64,000 nt of DNA from an uncultured Aliarcobacter sp. (GTDB taxonomy: Bacteria; Campylobacterota; Campylobacteria; Campylobacterales; Arcobacteraceae), in NCBI GenBank assembly GCA_963664305.2, contig CAXXLV010000002.1, forward strand, positions 832,001 through 896,000, given 5' to 3'. Positions within the stretch are counted from its first letter, which is position 1. Each line of letters begins with the position of its first letter. Made by a program: the position numbers and the translations under genes. Positions 10,280 to 21,490 of this stretch are shown piece after piece. The notes under the pieces were generated by a model that made no database searches, was not told the origin of the DNA, and saw only the letters and a program-made list of their open reading frames with translations.

Positions 10280-11281
10280 TTGATGAAAAAGATTATTGTT
10301 ATTATTTCAAGCATCATTATTATTTTTCTAATTTTTCTAATTCTTTTTAATTATAAAAATTTTTTCAATAATTCACAAAATGAGTCAAAATACTATGGAA
10401 ATATAGATACAAGAACTGTAAAAGTTGGATTTAGATTTATAGGAAAAATAGAAAATATCACAAAAGATGAAGGTCAAAGTGTAAAAAAAGATGAAATTTT
10501 AGTTCAATTAGATAACTCAAGCTTAAAAAAATCACTTGAAGAAGTTGAAATAAATATAAATGCTTCAAATATTGAATTATCAAAATTAAAATCAGGTTAT
10601 AGATATGAAGAGATTTTAGAAGCAAAAGCTTCTGTTGATGAAGCACTTGCGAATCTAAATAAAGCAAATGATAATTTCATTAGACAAAAAAATCTATATA
10701 AAACAAAATCTACATCCCAAGAGAGTTATACTATTTCTGAATTAAACTATAATCTTGCACTTGCTTCTTTAAATAAAGCAAAAGCTGCTTATGAACTGAT
10801 GAAAAACGGTTATAGAAATGAAGATATAAAAATCCAAGAAGAAAAAATAAAAGCGTTAAAAGCTCAAAAAGAAAAATTAGAGATAGATATAAAAGATTCT
10901 ATTATAACTTCACCTATTAATGGTGTCATTCTTACAAGATATAAAGAAATTGGTTCAATTGCAACTGCTGGGGAAGCTATTTTAGAAATTGCCAAAAATG
11001 ATGAATTTTGGGTAAGAGCATATATAGATGAAAAAAGTTTAGGTGATATAAAACCAGGACTTAAAATGAAAGTTTTTAGTGATTCTAGAAAAGAACCTTA
11101 TGAAGGTTATATTGGATTTATTTCACCTGTTGCTGAATTTACTCCAAAAAATATAGAAACAGAAGAGTTAAGGGCTGATTTAGTTTATAGTTTTAGAGTT
11201 ATTGTTAAAAATATTGATGATAAACTAAGACAAGGAATGCCTGTAACTTTGGAAATAGCTGAAAATAATGCAAATAATTAA
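10280..11281 (+). CDS. ybhG: HlyD-family periplasmic adaptor (YbhG-like)
   Basis: FISPVAEFTPKNIET and LRQGMPVT; first gene of ybhGFSR-like operon. Confidence 0.8.
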   Translation: MMKKIIVIISSIIIIFLIFLILFNYKNFFNNSQNESKYYGNIDTRTVKVGFRFIGKIENITKDEGQSVKKDEILVQLDNSSLKKSLEEVEININASNIELSKLKSGYRYEEILEAKASVDEALANLNKANDNFIRQKNLYKTKSTSQESYTISELNYNLALASLNKAKAAYELMKNGYRNEDIKIQEEKIKALKAQKEKLEIDIKDSIITSPINGVILTRYKEIGSIATAGEAILEIAKNDEFWVRAYIDEKSLGDIKPGLKMKVFSDSRKEPYEGYIGFISPVAEFTPKNIETEELRADLVYSFRVIVKNIDDKLRQGMPVTLEIAENNANN

Positions 11282-12965
11282 TGCTATAGATTTAGAAAAA
11301 GAGTTTGAAAATACAAAGGCTATCAAAAAAATTAGTTTTTCTATAAAAAGTGGAAAAATCACGGGACTAGTTGGACCAGATGGTGCAGGAAAAACTACAC
11401 TTATTAGAATGCTTACGGGTCTTTTAACTCCAAGTTTTGGAAAACTTGATGTTTTAGAGTATCAAATGCCAAATACTTCAAGTGAATTTTTACAACAAAT
11501 TGGTTATATGCCACAAAAATTTGGTTTATATGAAGATTTAAGTGTTTATGAAAATTTAGAACTATATGCAAATTTACAAGCAATTGAAAATCATTCTTCA
11601 AGAATTGAAGAACTTTTGGAGTTTACAACTTTAAAAAAATTCAAAGATAGACTTGCTGGAAATTTATCTGGTGGAATGAAACAAAAACTTGGACTTGCAT
11701 GTGCACTAATTAAAAAACCGAAAATTCTTCTTTTAGATGAACCAGGAGTTGGTGTTGATCCAATATCTAGAATTGAACTTTGGCAAATGGTTCAAGAACT
11801 TTTAAAAGATGATATAGCTGTTGTTTGGAGCACATCTTATCTTGATGAAGCAGATATTTGTGATGAAATAATTTTACTAAATGAAGGAAGTTGTCTATAT
11901 CAAGGAACACCTAAAGATTTTAGAGAAACAATGAATGGAAGAGTTTTTTTAATAAGTGGAGAGTTTTTAAAAAAAAGAGAAGCTCTTACTACTATTTTGG
12001 AACAAGATGAGATTTTAGATGCTGTATTAGTTGGTTCAAAAATTAGAATAAATTTACAAAAAGATAAATTATTAAAAAAAGATATTTATTTTTCTTTAGG
12101 AAAAAATATAAAAATCGAACCAATAAATCCAATTTTTGAGGATGCATTTGTTGATATTTTAAATGAAAAAACAAAAGCTCACTCAAAACTTGTAAGAAAT
12201 ATGAAAAATATCGAACCATCAGATAAAAAACTTATAGAAGCAAAAAATCTAACAAAAAAATTTGGAGATTTTATTGCAACTAATAATATAGATTTTGAAA
12301 TAGGACAAGGTGAAATTTTTGGTTTTTTAGGACCAAATGGTGCAGGAAAATCTACAACTTTTAAAATGCTTTGTGGTTTATTAACCCCAACTTTTGGAAC
12401 TGCAAAAGTTTTAGATGAAGACTTATATAACTCAAAGGCAACTGTTAGAAATTCTATTGGATATATGGCACAAAAATTTTCTTTATATGGTAATTTAAAT
12501 ATCAAAGATAATTTAGAATTCTTTTCAGGAATTTACGGTTTAAAAGGTGAAAAAAGAAAAGAAAAAATAAAAGAGATGATAGAAATTTTTGATTTTAAAA
12601 ACTATTTACAAACAACTACTAACTCTTTACCACTTGGAATAAAACAAAGACTTGCCCTTGCATGTTCAGTGATGCATGAACCTAAAGTTTTATTTTTAGA
12701 TGAACCAACATCAGGAGTTGATCCAATTACAAGAAAAGAGTTTTGGATACATATAAATAGTTTGGTTAAAAAAGGTGTTTCTGTTATGGTAACAACTCAT
12801 TTTATGGATGAAGCAGAATATTGCGATAAAATTATGCTTATATATAAAGGAAAAGCCATTGCAAATGGAACTCCTGATGAACTAAAAAACTTAGTTGGTT
12901 CACAAGCTTCCATGCAAGATACTTTTATCTCTTTAATCAAACAATATGATGAAGAAGAAAAATGA
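11268..12965 (+). CDS. ybhF: ABC transporter double ATPase (YbhF-like)
   Basis: two Walker A motifs GPDGAGKT and GPNGAGKS; YMPQKFGLY. Confidence 0.85.
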   Translation: MQIINAIDLEKEFENTKAIKKISFSIKSGKITGLVGPDGAGKTTLIRMLTGLLTPSFGKLDVLEYQMPNTSSEFLQQIGYMPQKFGLYEDLSVYENLELYANLQAIENHSSRIEELLEFTTLKKFKDRLAGNLSGGMKQKLGLACALIKKPKILLLDEPGVGVDPISRIELWQMVQELLKDDIAVVWSTSYLDEADICDEIILLNEGSCLYQGTPKDFRETMNGRVFLISGEFLKKREALTTILEQDEILDAVLVGSKIRINLQKDKLLKKDIYFSLGKNIKIEPINPIFEDAFVDILNEKTKAHSKLVRNMKNIEPSDKKLIEAKNLTKKFGDFIATNNIDFEIGQGEIFGFLGPNGAGKSTTFKMLCGLLTPTFGTAKVLDEDLYNSKATVRNSIGYMAQKFSLYGNLNIKDNLEFFSGIYGLKGEKRKEKIKEMIEIFDFKNYLQTTTNSLPLGIKQRLALACSVMHEPKVLFLDEPTSGVDPITRKEFWIHINSLVKKGVSVMVTTHFMDEAEYCDKIMLIYKGKAIANGTPDELKNLVGSQASMQDTFISLIKQYDEEEK

Positions 12966-14050
12966 ATTTAAAAAGATTAAAAGCATTATTTAAAAAAGAG
13001 GCTTTACAAATATTTCGAGATCCAAGCTCTATTTTAATAGCTTTTATTTTACCACTTATTCTACTTTTTTTGATGGGTTATGCAGTTTCTTTAGATGCTA
13101 GAAAAATTCCTATTGCAATAATTTCAAAAAGTAATAGTGAACTATCACAAAAGTTAATCTCTTCTTTTATTAGCTCTCGTTATTTTGAAGTTGATTTAGA
13201 TAAAAATAAAGATAAATATATTCAAGCTATGCAAGAAGGAAAAATCAAAGCAATTCTTAGTTTAAATAATGATTTTGGGAAAAACAACAATTTTGATATA
13301 CAAGTAATAACTGATGGAACTGAACCAAATAGTGCTGGTCTTGTACAAAACTATGTAAATGGTGTTGTAAAACTTTGGGCTAAAAATAATAATATAGTAA
13401 ATAAAGAAAATATTCAACTACAAACTCGTTTTTGGTTTAATGCTCCTGTTTCTAGTAGATATTTTTTACTTCCTGGTTCTATTGCTGTTATTATGACTTT
13501 GATAGGAACACTTCTTACTGCTCTTGTGATTGCTAGAGAATGGGAAAGAGGAACTATGGAAGCACTTATGGCAACACCTGCAACTATGAGTGAAATTATT
13601 GTTGGTAAATTAATCCCCTATTTTATCCTTGGAATGTTTTCTATGCTTTTATGTTTTGTTGTTGCATATTTTTGGTATAAAATACCATTTATGGGAAGTT
13701 TTTGGATACTATTAATACTAAGTGCAATTTATCTGTTTTCATCTTTAAGTATTGGTTTACTTATTTCAACAACTGCAAAAAATCAATTTGTTGCAGCTCA
13801 AATATCTATAATTGCTGGTTTTTTACCAGCATTTTTATTATCAGGATTTTTATTTGAAATAGGAAATATGCCATCATGGCTTCAAACTTTAACTTTGATT
13901 GTTCCAGCTAGATATTTTGTAGAATCTTTGCAAACTATATTTTTAGCAGGAAATATTTATGAGATATTTATTTCAAATATTATTTCTATGATTTTAATAG
14001 GTGCTTTTTTCTTTTTATTAGTTTTGAAAAAGTCAAAAAAAGGTTTATAA
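12962..14050 (+). CDS. ybhS: ABC-2 permease (YbhS-like)
   Basis: AREWERGTMEAL and multiple TM helices. Confidence 0.82.
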   Translation: MNLKRLKALFKKEALQIFRDPSSILIAFILPLILLFLMGYAVSLDARKIPIAIISKSNSELSQKLISSFISSRYFEVDLDKNKDKYIQAMQEGKIKAILSLNNDFGKNNNFDIQVITDGTEPNSAGLVQNYVNGVVKLWAKNNNIVNKENIQLQTRFWFNAPVSSRYFLLPGSIAVIMTLIGTLLTALVIAREWERGTMEALMATPATMSEIIVGKLIPYFILGMFSMLLCFVVAYFWYKIPFMGSFWILLILSAIYLFSSLSIGLLISTTAKNQFVAAQISIIAGFLPAFLLSGFLFEIGNMPSWLQTLTLIVPARYFVESLQTIFLAGNIYEIFISNIISMILIGAFFFLLVLKKSKKGL

Positions 14051-15142
14051 ATGTTACAAAGATTATTGGCTTTGATAAAAAAAGAGATTTTAGCCATAAA
14101 AAATGATAAAAAAAGTCTAATGGTTGTTATTCTTCCACCACTTGTTCAAGTGGTTATTTTTTCTTTTGCTGCAACTTTAGAAGTAAAAAATATAGATTTA
14201 GTTTTATTAAATCAAGATGGAAGTCAAAAAAGTCAAGAATTAATAAGAAATTTTCAAGGCTCATCATATATAAAATCATTAAATTTTGTAAAAAGTTATG
14301 AAGAAGGAAAAGAAAAAATAGATATTCAAGATGCTATAGGATTTTTAGTAATCCCAAGTGATTTTGCAAAAGATTTACAAAATGGAAGCTCAAATATACA
14401 ACTTATTCTTGATGGAAGACGCTCAAATACTTCACAAATAGTTGAAGGTTATATAAATCAAATAATTTTAAATAGCTTTAAAAAAGATGAAAATATTTCA
14501 AAAATAAATATTATCTCAAGAAACTTTTACAATCCAAATTTAGATAATTTTTGGTGGATAGTTCCCTCTTTATTTGGTTCTATTTCTATGGTTGTTGCGA
14601 TGCTTTTAACTGCATTATCAATTGCAAGAGAAAAAGAGTTAGGAACTTTTGAACAAATTTTAGTTTCTCCTTTAAACTCTTTTGAAATTCTTTTGGGAAA
14701 ACTTTTACCTGCACTTCTTATTAGTATAGTTGAATCTAGTTTTATTTTATTTATAGCTATTTTTTTATTTGGTGTTCCATTAAATGGCTCAATTTGGCTT
14801 TTATATTTAAGTGTTGTTGTATTTTTATTTTCTATGTCAGGTGTTGGATTATTTATCTCTTCAATTTCAAAGACTCAACAGCAAGCTATTTTAGGAAGTT
14901 TTGTGGTGATGTTACCCTCTTTTTTACTTTCAGGTTTTGCAACACCAATTTCAAATATGCCTTCATGGTTACAACCTTTTACAAATATAATTCCTTTAAA
15001 ATATTATCTTGAACTTATAAAAGGTGTATTTCTAAAAGATATTAGTTTTTCTATTGCTTTAAATAGTTTAACTCCAATGTTTTTCTTTGGTGTAATTTCT
15101 TTATATGGAACTATACTTTTTTTCAAAAATAAAAGGTCATAA
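14051..15142 (+). CDS. ybhR: ABC-2 permease (YbhR-like)
   Basis: AREKELGTFEQ and LLSGFATPISNMP. Confidence 0.82.
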   Translation: MLQRLLALIKKEILAIKNDKKSLMVVILPPLVQVVIFSFAATLEVKNIDLVLLNQDGSQKSQELIRNFQGSSYIKSLNFVKSYEEGKEKIDIQDAIGFLVIPSDFAKDLQNGSSNIQLILDGRRSNTSQIVEGYINQIILNSFKKDENISKINIISRNFYNPNLDNFWWIVPSLFGSISMVVAMLLTALSIAREKELGTFEQILVSPLNSFEILLGKLLPALLISIVESSFILFIAIFLFGVPLNGSIWLLYLSVVVFLFSMSGVGLFISSISKTQQQAILGSFVVMLPSFLLSGFATPISNMPSWLQPFTNIIPLKYYLELIKGVFLKDISFSIALNSLTPMFFFGVISLYGTILFFKNKRS

Positions 15143-15148
15143 GACCTT

Positions 15149-16285
15149 TTATTTAACTCTAAATAATTGAAGAGTTCCAGCTCCTACATCTCCATCAGGA
15201 AGTGTAATAGTTGTAATTTTTTCTAAAGTATCTGGATTATAAACCGCTATATCATTAAAAGTTCCACCTAAATAGATTTTAGAACCATCTGTTGCAAAAT
15301 TTATACAATAGTATGAATGGTCTAATAAAACTCTTTTAATAACTTTTTGATTTTTTCTATCAAATTTTGTTAAATCAGTTAATACTCCATATAAAATATT
15401 TGTATCTTTTGGATGTGTCATACCTGTAAACATAACTGTTTCAAGTGGTGCAAAATCTTCTTGAACAATTTCATTTGTTTTTAAATCAACTCTTGTTGCA
15501 CCCCAAACAAACTCGGTTTCATCCATATTCATTTTATCATTTGGGAATTTTGCAGCTGTATACATAAGTAAAAACTCTTTTGATACATTTCCAATTGGCC
15601 ACATTGCTAAAACATCAGCAGAAGAATAATTTGCTCTATCCCAATTTCTTAATTTTGCAGCAATTGAAAACTCTTTTTTCTCTGGATTTATTTTATATAC
15701 ATTTGAACCAGATGCATATAAAGTCCCATCATCAGCAGTTGCCATAACTGTGATTTGTCTTGGTGCTTTAAAACTATCTATTGGTTTAGCATCTATTCCA
15801 TCACTTGTATTAAACGTTTTAAATACTGGGTCAAGAACTTTATATCTATCATTTAACATTTGTGTTGGATTTGAAATAGTATAAAGTTTTTTCCCATCTG
15901 GACTTAAAGTAAATGAGAAAATAGACATTGCTCTTACATTATCATGAGAGAATTTTGCTCTAAATGTATTTTCACAACTATTTAAATCATATCCGTAAAC
16001 TGCTCCCCAATTATCTTGTAAAATATAAGCTGTATCACCTTTAGGAGAAATCATCATTCCTCCACTCATATAATCACCTTGTAATTTACAAGTTTTGTAA
16101 AGTTTATTTGTAGTTGAATCTACAATATGTAACTCATTTTTTCTACTAACTGTTGCTAAATAATCTCTATCTTTTTCTAATTTTAAATTTTGAGTATCAC
16201 TTGTTGGAGTATTTGGTTGTGTTAAACTACAACCTGTTATGAACATACTTAAAACAAATGAACTAAATAGTGAAACTTTTTTCAT
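15149..16285 (-). CDS. qhpB: quinohemoprotein amine dehydrogenase beta subunit, putative lipoprotein
   Basis: beta-propeller with APRQIT and LDHSYYCIN...IYLGGTFNDIAVY; lipobox ITGC. Confidence 0.88.
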   Translation of the reverse strand: MKKVSLFSSFVLSMFITGCSLTQPNTPTSDTQNLKLEKDRDYLATVSRKNELHIVDSTTNKLYKTCKLQGDYMSGGMMISPKGDTAYILQDNWGAVYGYDLNSCENTFRAKFSHDNVRAMSIFSFTLSPDGKKLYTISNPTQMLNDRYKVLDPVFKTFNTSDGIDAKPIDSFKAPRQITVMATADDGTLYASGSNVYKINPEKKEFSIAAKLRNWDRANYSSADVLAMWPIGNVSKEFLLMYTAAKFPNDKMNMDETEFVWGATRVDLKTNEIVQEDFAPLETVMFTGMTHPKDTNILYGVLTDLTKFDRKNQKVIKRVLLDHSYYCINFATDGSKIYLGGTFNDIAVYNPDTLEKITTITLPDGDVGAGTLQLFRVK

Positions 16286-16296
16286 TTTAAAACCTC

Positions 16297-16620
16297 TTAT
16301 TTATCATCTATTGGAAAAACTGAACTTAAATTTCTCCAATCTTTTGAACTTGCTGGTGATTTTGAACTCCATCCTGGATTATTCATAGTATCTGGAACTT
16401 GTGTTGGCCACCAACAAGGATCTGAACAACCATATAAATCTGCTTCCATTGGCTGACAAAGTCCCGCTACTCCACCAAATGCATCAACTTCCCAACCTGG
16501 GTCAAAAGTACTTGTACATCCAACAATACTTTGCATTGCAACAACTTCTTTTTCTCTTCCATCTTTTATAGATTTATTTAATAAATCTGCTTTTGGATTT
16601 AAAGGTTTAAATAAGCCCAT
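16297..16620 (-). CDS. qhpC: quinohemoprotein amine dehydrogenase gamma subunit (CTQ precursor)
   Basis: 28-aa leader then [11 protein letters not shown]...[24 protein letters not shown] with all cross-link residues. Confidence 0.97.
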   Translation of the reverse strand: MGLFKPLNPKADLLNKSIKDGREKEVVAMQSIVGCTSTFDPGWEVDAFGGVAGLCQPMEADLYGCSDPCWWPTQVPDTMNNPGWSSKSPASSKDWRNLSSVFPIDDK

Positions 16621-18007
16621 TTACATCTCCTTTTTCTTCTTTAAAATACAAATCAAAAAACTTTGGATTATTATTTCTAATTTTTGAATAAGCATATAAT
16701 CCAAAATCTATCCAGTCTCTCATAATATCGCAGTAATGAAGCACCGCTTTTGTAGGGTCGTTGTATCTAATATAACTTTCATGATAACAACCTCCCGCAC
16801 ATAAATTTCTAATATGACAAGTTGAACAATCCCCATCATTTTTATTTAATCTTTTTTCAATAAAGTTTGATAGTTTTGGTTTATCTAATCCTGTTTTTAT
16901 ATTTCCAAAATTACCAAAATCACTTCCAGTAAATCTATGGCATAAATCAAAATTTCCATCATAACTAACTGATAATAACCCAACACCTGCACCACAAGGA
17001 AGTTTTTTCTTTCTTCCTGCATGAATATCGCCAAGTAATCTATGTAGATTTGAGAAACCATTAAATTCATCTTTTAAAGCTGAATCTATATATTTTTCTC
17101 CCATCTCTTTGAAACCCTCAAATACTTTTAAAAGTTCAAATTCACTTAGATTAAACATAGCGTTATCACTTGCAGTTGCTGGTGCAAATCCAACTTCTGT
17201 AAATTTTAGTTCATTATATAGATGGTCCCAAATTTCTTCAATCTGAGTAACTCCGCGCGTTAGTGTTACTCTTGCACCTATTGGTCTATCGTTATATAAA
17301 CTTAAAAGCATTTCTACTTTTTTTCTAACTGTTTCATAACTTCCAGTTCCAGCATTTGTAAGTCTAGTTTTATTGTGTATTGCTTTTGGTCCATCAATAC
17401 TAATTGTAATTCCAAACTTATAATCTTTTAAAAACTCTATTATCTCTTTTGTTAATAAAGTTGCATTTGTTGTCATTGTAAAATCAACAAGTGCATTTTT
17501 CTCTTTGAAAAATTTAACCGCAAAAGTTGTAACTTCTTTAATCAAAGCAAAATTGCTCAAAGGCTCTCCACCAAAAAAAGTTACATTATAAACTTTTTGA
17601 TTAGCTGCCCCTGCATAAAGCTGTTCAATTGCAGCAGTTGCAGTTTCAAAACTCATATTTCCACTATTTTTCAAAGTAGTTAAATCTGCTTTATAACAAT
17701 AAGTACAACTAAGATTACAACCTGATGCTACATTTAAAATAAGTGTAGTTGCAGGAAAGTTTTTAACTTCTATATACTCTTGTTTTTCGATATTTCCAAT
17801 GATATTTAGTTTTTCTAACTCAACTAATTCTTCTTTGGAAAAATCAGTTATTTTAGACTCTTTATTATCTAATCTATTTAACAACTTCTCATTTGTTTCA
17901 TCAATTTCAAAAAGTGAAGTTGTTGGTACATGAAAAAGTAAATTCTCATTATCTTTTTTAACAATTCTAAAATTTTGTCTATTTACTTTAAACTCATTAT
18001 TACTCAT
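16607..18007 (-). CDS. qhpD: radical SAM/SPASM thioether-forming maturase
   Basis: [19 protein letters not shown] cysteines, between qhpA and qhpC. Confidence 0.95.
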   Translation of the reverse strand: MSNNEFKVNRQNFRIVKKDNENLLFHVPTTSLFEIDETNEKLLNRLDNKESKITDFSKEELVELEKLNIIGNIEKQEYIEVKNFPATTLILNVASGCNLSCTYCYKADLTTLKNSGNMSFETATAAIEQLYAGAANQKVYNVTFFGGEPLSNFALIKEVTTFAVKFFKEKNALVDFTMTTNATLLTKEIIEFLKDYKFGITISIDGPKAIHNKTRLTNAGTGSYETVRKKVEMLLSLYNDRPIGARVTLTRGVTQIEEIWDHLYNELKFTEVGFAPATASDNAMFNLSEFELLKVFEGFKEMGEKYIDSALKDEFNGFSNLHRLLGDIHAGRKKKLPCGAGVGLLSVSYDGNFDLCHRFTGSDFGNFGNIKTGLDKPKLSNFIEKRLNKNDGDCSTCHIRNLCAGGCYHESYIRYNDPTKAVLHYCDIMRDWIDFGLYAYSKIRNNNPKFFDLYFKEEKGDVNGLI

Positions 18008-18016
18008 AATTAACTC

Positions 18017-19597
18017 CTAATTAATTGGAGGATTTACCCATTTTTGAACTGTAACCATCATATGAGAATCTGCTTTATATGTTTCAACACCATCTTTATA
18101 AGTTGCTACAACTTTTATATTTCCAGCATTATTTGTACTAAATTTTCGCAAACTATTTGGTCCAGCAAATGATGGAGTAAATTTCCCACTAAATGCATCA
18201 ATTTTTCCTACATATTTAACATCTTCATCTTCAATAGCTCTTTCATCAAAAGCCTCTATATTCCATTTTGCGTTTACTTTTCCAATACTTATATCATCAG
18301 TTGTTCCAATTTTTCCATCAGTACCTGCTAATAATCCAATTGCTTCAAAGTTTGCATATTGTTTTGGCATAGCTCCACCACCATCACCAACTCTTGAGAT
18401 TGCATAATCTGGAACTATTTTTAAAGCATCAATTTTTTTATAAACTACTAACTCTTTTTCAAATGTTTTAGAATCAAAAGTCAAATCAATTTGTTTTACA
18501 TCATATTTTGAACTAGCAGTTACATCTAAAACTACTTTAGTTGATGATTTTTCAATTACTTTATTGATTTTTAAACCATTTGATAATTTAATATTTTTAT
18601 CTAAATTATTTCCAATTATTGTTATTGTCTCACTAGTACCAGCTTTTACTGAAATTGGTGAAACACCTAAAACTGAAGTTTCTTTATCACTATTTTTTGC
18701 ACCTTTTACAAAAGAGTATTCTTCAGGATGTAAAGTTTCAAACATACTTCCAGCTAAAGCTAAAGTTTGTGGATTTACTGCAAATATTTGATTATATGAA
18801 ATACCATTTACATCTAATTTTGCTCTAAATTCATATCCACTATAAACAATCGCACTTCCAGTTGCTTTTAGCTCTCTACCATCAACAAAATTTCCATCTA
18901 ATGTTAAACTATAATTATCTTTAGATGTTTTTGTCAATTTTAAAGTTGCACTAAAATCACCATCACCAAGTTTATGTCCAAATAGAGTCCAACTACCTTC
19001 AAAATCAATTGCTTTTAGTTCAAATTTTTTGTCATTTCCAAAATTTTCTGATAAATATGGAACAATTTGTTTTTGTGCAATATCTAACCAATCTCTATCT
19101 CTTGCAAGTGCTTGATACTCTAAAGTTGGGAATTTTCCTAAATGGAAATTAACTAAATTATCCCACTCACCTTGCGTTCTTCTTTGTAAACCAACTCTTG
19201 CTCCACTATGACATCTTGCACACATTTCTACAAATAATGAATCATTTATGTTTTCTTGAAAGTTTGGAGTTTTTTCTAGAATATATCTAAAATTTTCACT
19301 CTCATTATAATTTAACCCCTGTGTATCTGAAAGATATTTCACAACACTTTGCTCTTGTTCTTTTGTTAGAATCAATCCATGGTCTTTTTGCATTCTATTA
19401 ACTGTCATAAACCATCCCTCAGGTGTTTTTCTTTGATCAGAAATCCTACTAAAACCTTGAGGAGTTAATGTATGACATGCAGTACATTTTGTTTCTATTA
19501 TTGTTTTTGCATCAATATCTTGCGCATTTAAACCTATTGTCCCTACCAAAAGACCAATACTAACTTTTAGCATTGAATTTAAACTTTTAGTCTTCAA
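18017..19597 (-). CDS. qhpA: quinohemoprotein amine dehydrogenase alpha subunit (diheme c)
   Basis: CTACH and CARCH, QRKTPEGW, C-terminal TVQKWVNPPI; TTG at 19597 follows AAGGAG so preferred over 19624. Confidence 0.93.
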   Translation of the reverse strand: MKTKSLNSMLKVSIGLLVGTIGLNAQDIDAKTIIETKCTACHTLTPQGFSRISDQRKTPEGWFMTVNRMQKDHGLILTKEQEQSVVKYLSDTQGLNYNESENFRYILEKTPNFQENINDSLFVEMCARCHSGARVGLQRRTQGEWDNLVNFHLGKFPTLEYQALARDRDWLDIAQKQIVPYLSENFGNDKKFELKAIDFEGSWTLFGHKLGDGDFSATLKLTKTSKDNYSLTLDGNFVDGRELKATGSAIVYSGYEFRAKLDVNGISYNQIFAVNPQTLALAGSMFETLHPEEYSFVKGAKNSDKETSVLGVSPISVKAGTSETITIIGNNLDKNIKLSNGLKINKVIEKSSTKVVLDVTASSKYDVKQIDLTFDSKTFEKELVVYKKIDALKIVPDYAISRVGDGGGAMPKQYANFEAIGLLAGTDGKIGTTDDISIGKVNAKWNIEAFDERAIEDEDVKYVGKIDAFSGKFTPSFAGPNSLRKFSTNNAGNIKVVATYKDGVETYKADSHMMVTVQKWVNPPIN

Positions 19598-19899
19598 GTT
19601 ATCTCCTTTATTTCTTTTTATCAACCCAAATTGATAAACGAATTATAAAAACTTAGAAAAATAAAGTATAGAAAGAAAACGACATTTTTGTATATTTTTT
19701 ATACATATAATATATTTACATTTTAAATAATTTTTTAGAACATATTTTGCTCATTTTTTTCTTGTTTTTGTAAAAAAACGACAGATTAGGAAGAATTGCT
19801 AAAATAAGGCTCTTTTTTTGAACTTTTTTTAAACATTGAACATCTTTAAAATATTTTTTAGCCAAGTTATACTTTGCTCATCTAAAACAAAGGAAGAGA

Positions 19900-20574
19900 A
19901 TGAAAAGAATGAAATCACTAGTTGTAAGTTCAGCACTTTTAATGTCAACAATTACAACTATAAATGCAAATGAAATAGATACTGTTTTTAATATAACAGG
20001 TGCAAGTAACTATTTAGTAAGAGGAATTACACAAACAAATGACAAAGCTGCACTATTTTTAGATGGAACTGTTATTTACAATGGTTTTTTTGCAGGAGCT
20101 TGGACTTCAAACATAGAATTTGAAGGAGCAGATGGACATAGAGAAATAGATGTTTATGCTGGTTATGGAAGGGAAATATATGGATTTGAAACTACTTTAA
20201 CTTATACAAAGTTTTTATATCCTGATTCAAAAGATATTGCAAATTTAGATGAACTTGAAGTTAAAGTTGTTTATCCAATAGATAAATTCTCTGTTGGAGG
20301 AAAATATATTTTTGGAACTTATGTAGAAAATGATGGAAAAAAATTAGATTATTATGAAGGTTTTGCTTCTTATGATTTTGATGTTCTAACATTAAGTGGA
20401 AGTACAGGTTCATTTGAAGATACGGGAGATAATTTTGAAATAGGAGTTTCAAAAACATTTGATTTAGAAAAAGGTTCATTAAAATTAGAATTATTATACA
20501 ATGAATTCTATTCTGACAACAGTTCTAGTGAAGATCAAGATAATCTTTATGCTAAAATTGTATATTCGTTTTAG
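19900..20574 (+). CDS. TorF-like putative outer-membrane porin
   Basis: signal peptide, SNYLVRGITQT, EIDVYAGY, C-terminal YSF. Confidence 0.78.
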   Translation: MKRMKSLVVSSALLMSTITTINANEIDTVFNITGASNYLVRGITQTNDKAALFLDGTVIYNGFFAGAWTSNIEFEGADGHREIDVYAGYGREIYGFETTLTYTKFLYPDSKDIANLDELEVKVVYPIDKFSVGGKYIFGTYVENDGKKLDYYEGFASYDFDVLTLSGSTGSFEDTGDNFEIGVSKTFDLEKGSLKLELLYNEFYSDNSSSEDQDNLYAKIVYSF

Positions 20575-20586
20575 TTAGGATTTTAA

Positions 20587-21420
20587 ATGTTTACATCAAA
20601 AATGTATATACCTAATGAAAAACTAAAAGATTGGATAAAAGTTTTTTGGTTTTTAGAAGGGTGTGGTAATGGAAATTTATCATATACAAGAAATATATTA
20701 CCTGATGGTTGTGCAACAATAACTTTTGTACTCCAAGGAAATATGGATTTAAGCATTTATGACAATGGAAAAATAAAAAGAGGAATTTATGTTATTCCTC
20801 CCGTTGTTAGTGGACACAATGATTTAATTAGTGATGATATATTTCTAATTGATATTCAATTAAATCCTAGTATTTTTTATAAACTTTTTAATCTACCTAT
20901 AAATAAACTAAAAAATAGAATTTATACTCTTGATGAACTCTCATTAGACTTTGACAAATCAATATTAGATAAAATTACAGAAGTAAAAGATAATAAAAAT
21001 GCTATTTACTTTTTATTAAATGAATTTTTTACCAATTTATTTGCTAAACAAAATTTTTATTCAGATGAACTTGTATTAAATATAAATCAACTATTTAATA
21101 GTGGTAATTTAAATGAATTTTTTAATTCTCAAAATTTATCTATTAGACAAATAGAAAGAAAAGTAAAAAACTATACAGGACTTACTCCACAAAATATAAG
21201 TAGATTAGGAAGATTTTATTCGGTTTTAGAGTATATGAAATTTAGACAATATAATCTTGAATATTGTGAACTTGCGTTAGAATATAACTTCTCTGACCAA
21301 TCGCATTTTATTAGAGAATTTAAATCATTTTGCAATCAAACTCCAAGCAAATTTTTAAAAGATATAGATTTATATCCTCAATATAAAGGTTTATGTAACA
21401 AATCAAAGATAATTTATTGA
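20587..21420 (+). CDS. AraC-family regulator (possible QhpR analogue)
   Basis: ILPDGC N-terminal domain; FSDQSHFIREFKSF HTH. Confidence 0.88.
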   Translation: MFTSKMYIPNEKLKDWIKVFWFLEGCGNGNLSYTRNILPDGCATITFVLQGNMDLSIYDNGKIKRGIYVIPPVVSGHNDLISDDIFLIDIQLNPSIFYKLFNLPINKLKNRIYTLDELSLDFDKSILDKITEVKDNKNAIYFLLNEFFTNLFAKQNFYSDELVLNINQLFNSGNLNEFFNSQNLSIRQIERKVKNYTGLTPQNISRLGRFYSVLEYMKFRQYNLEYCELALEYNFSDQSHFIREFKSFCNQTPSKFLKDIDLYPQYKGLCNKSKIIY

Positions 21421-21490
21421 TTTTAATCAATGAAAAAAATCAGAAAAAAGATAAAATAATACATTAACTTTTATTTTAGGACTAAATCTG

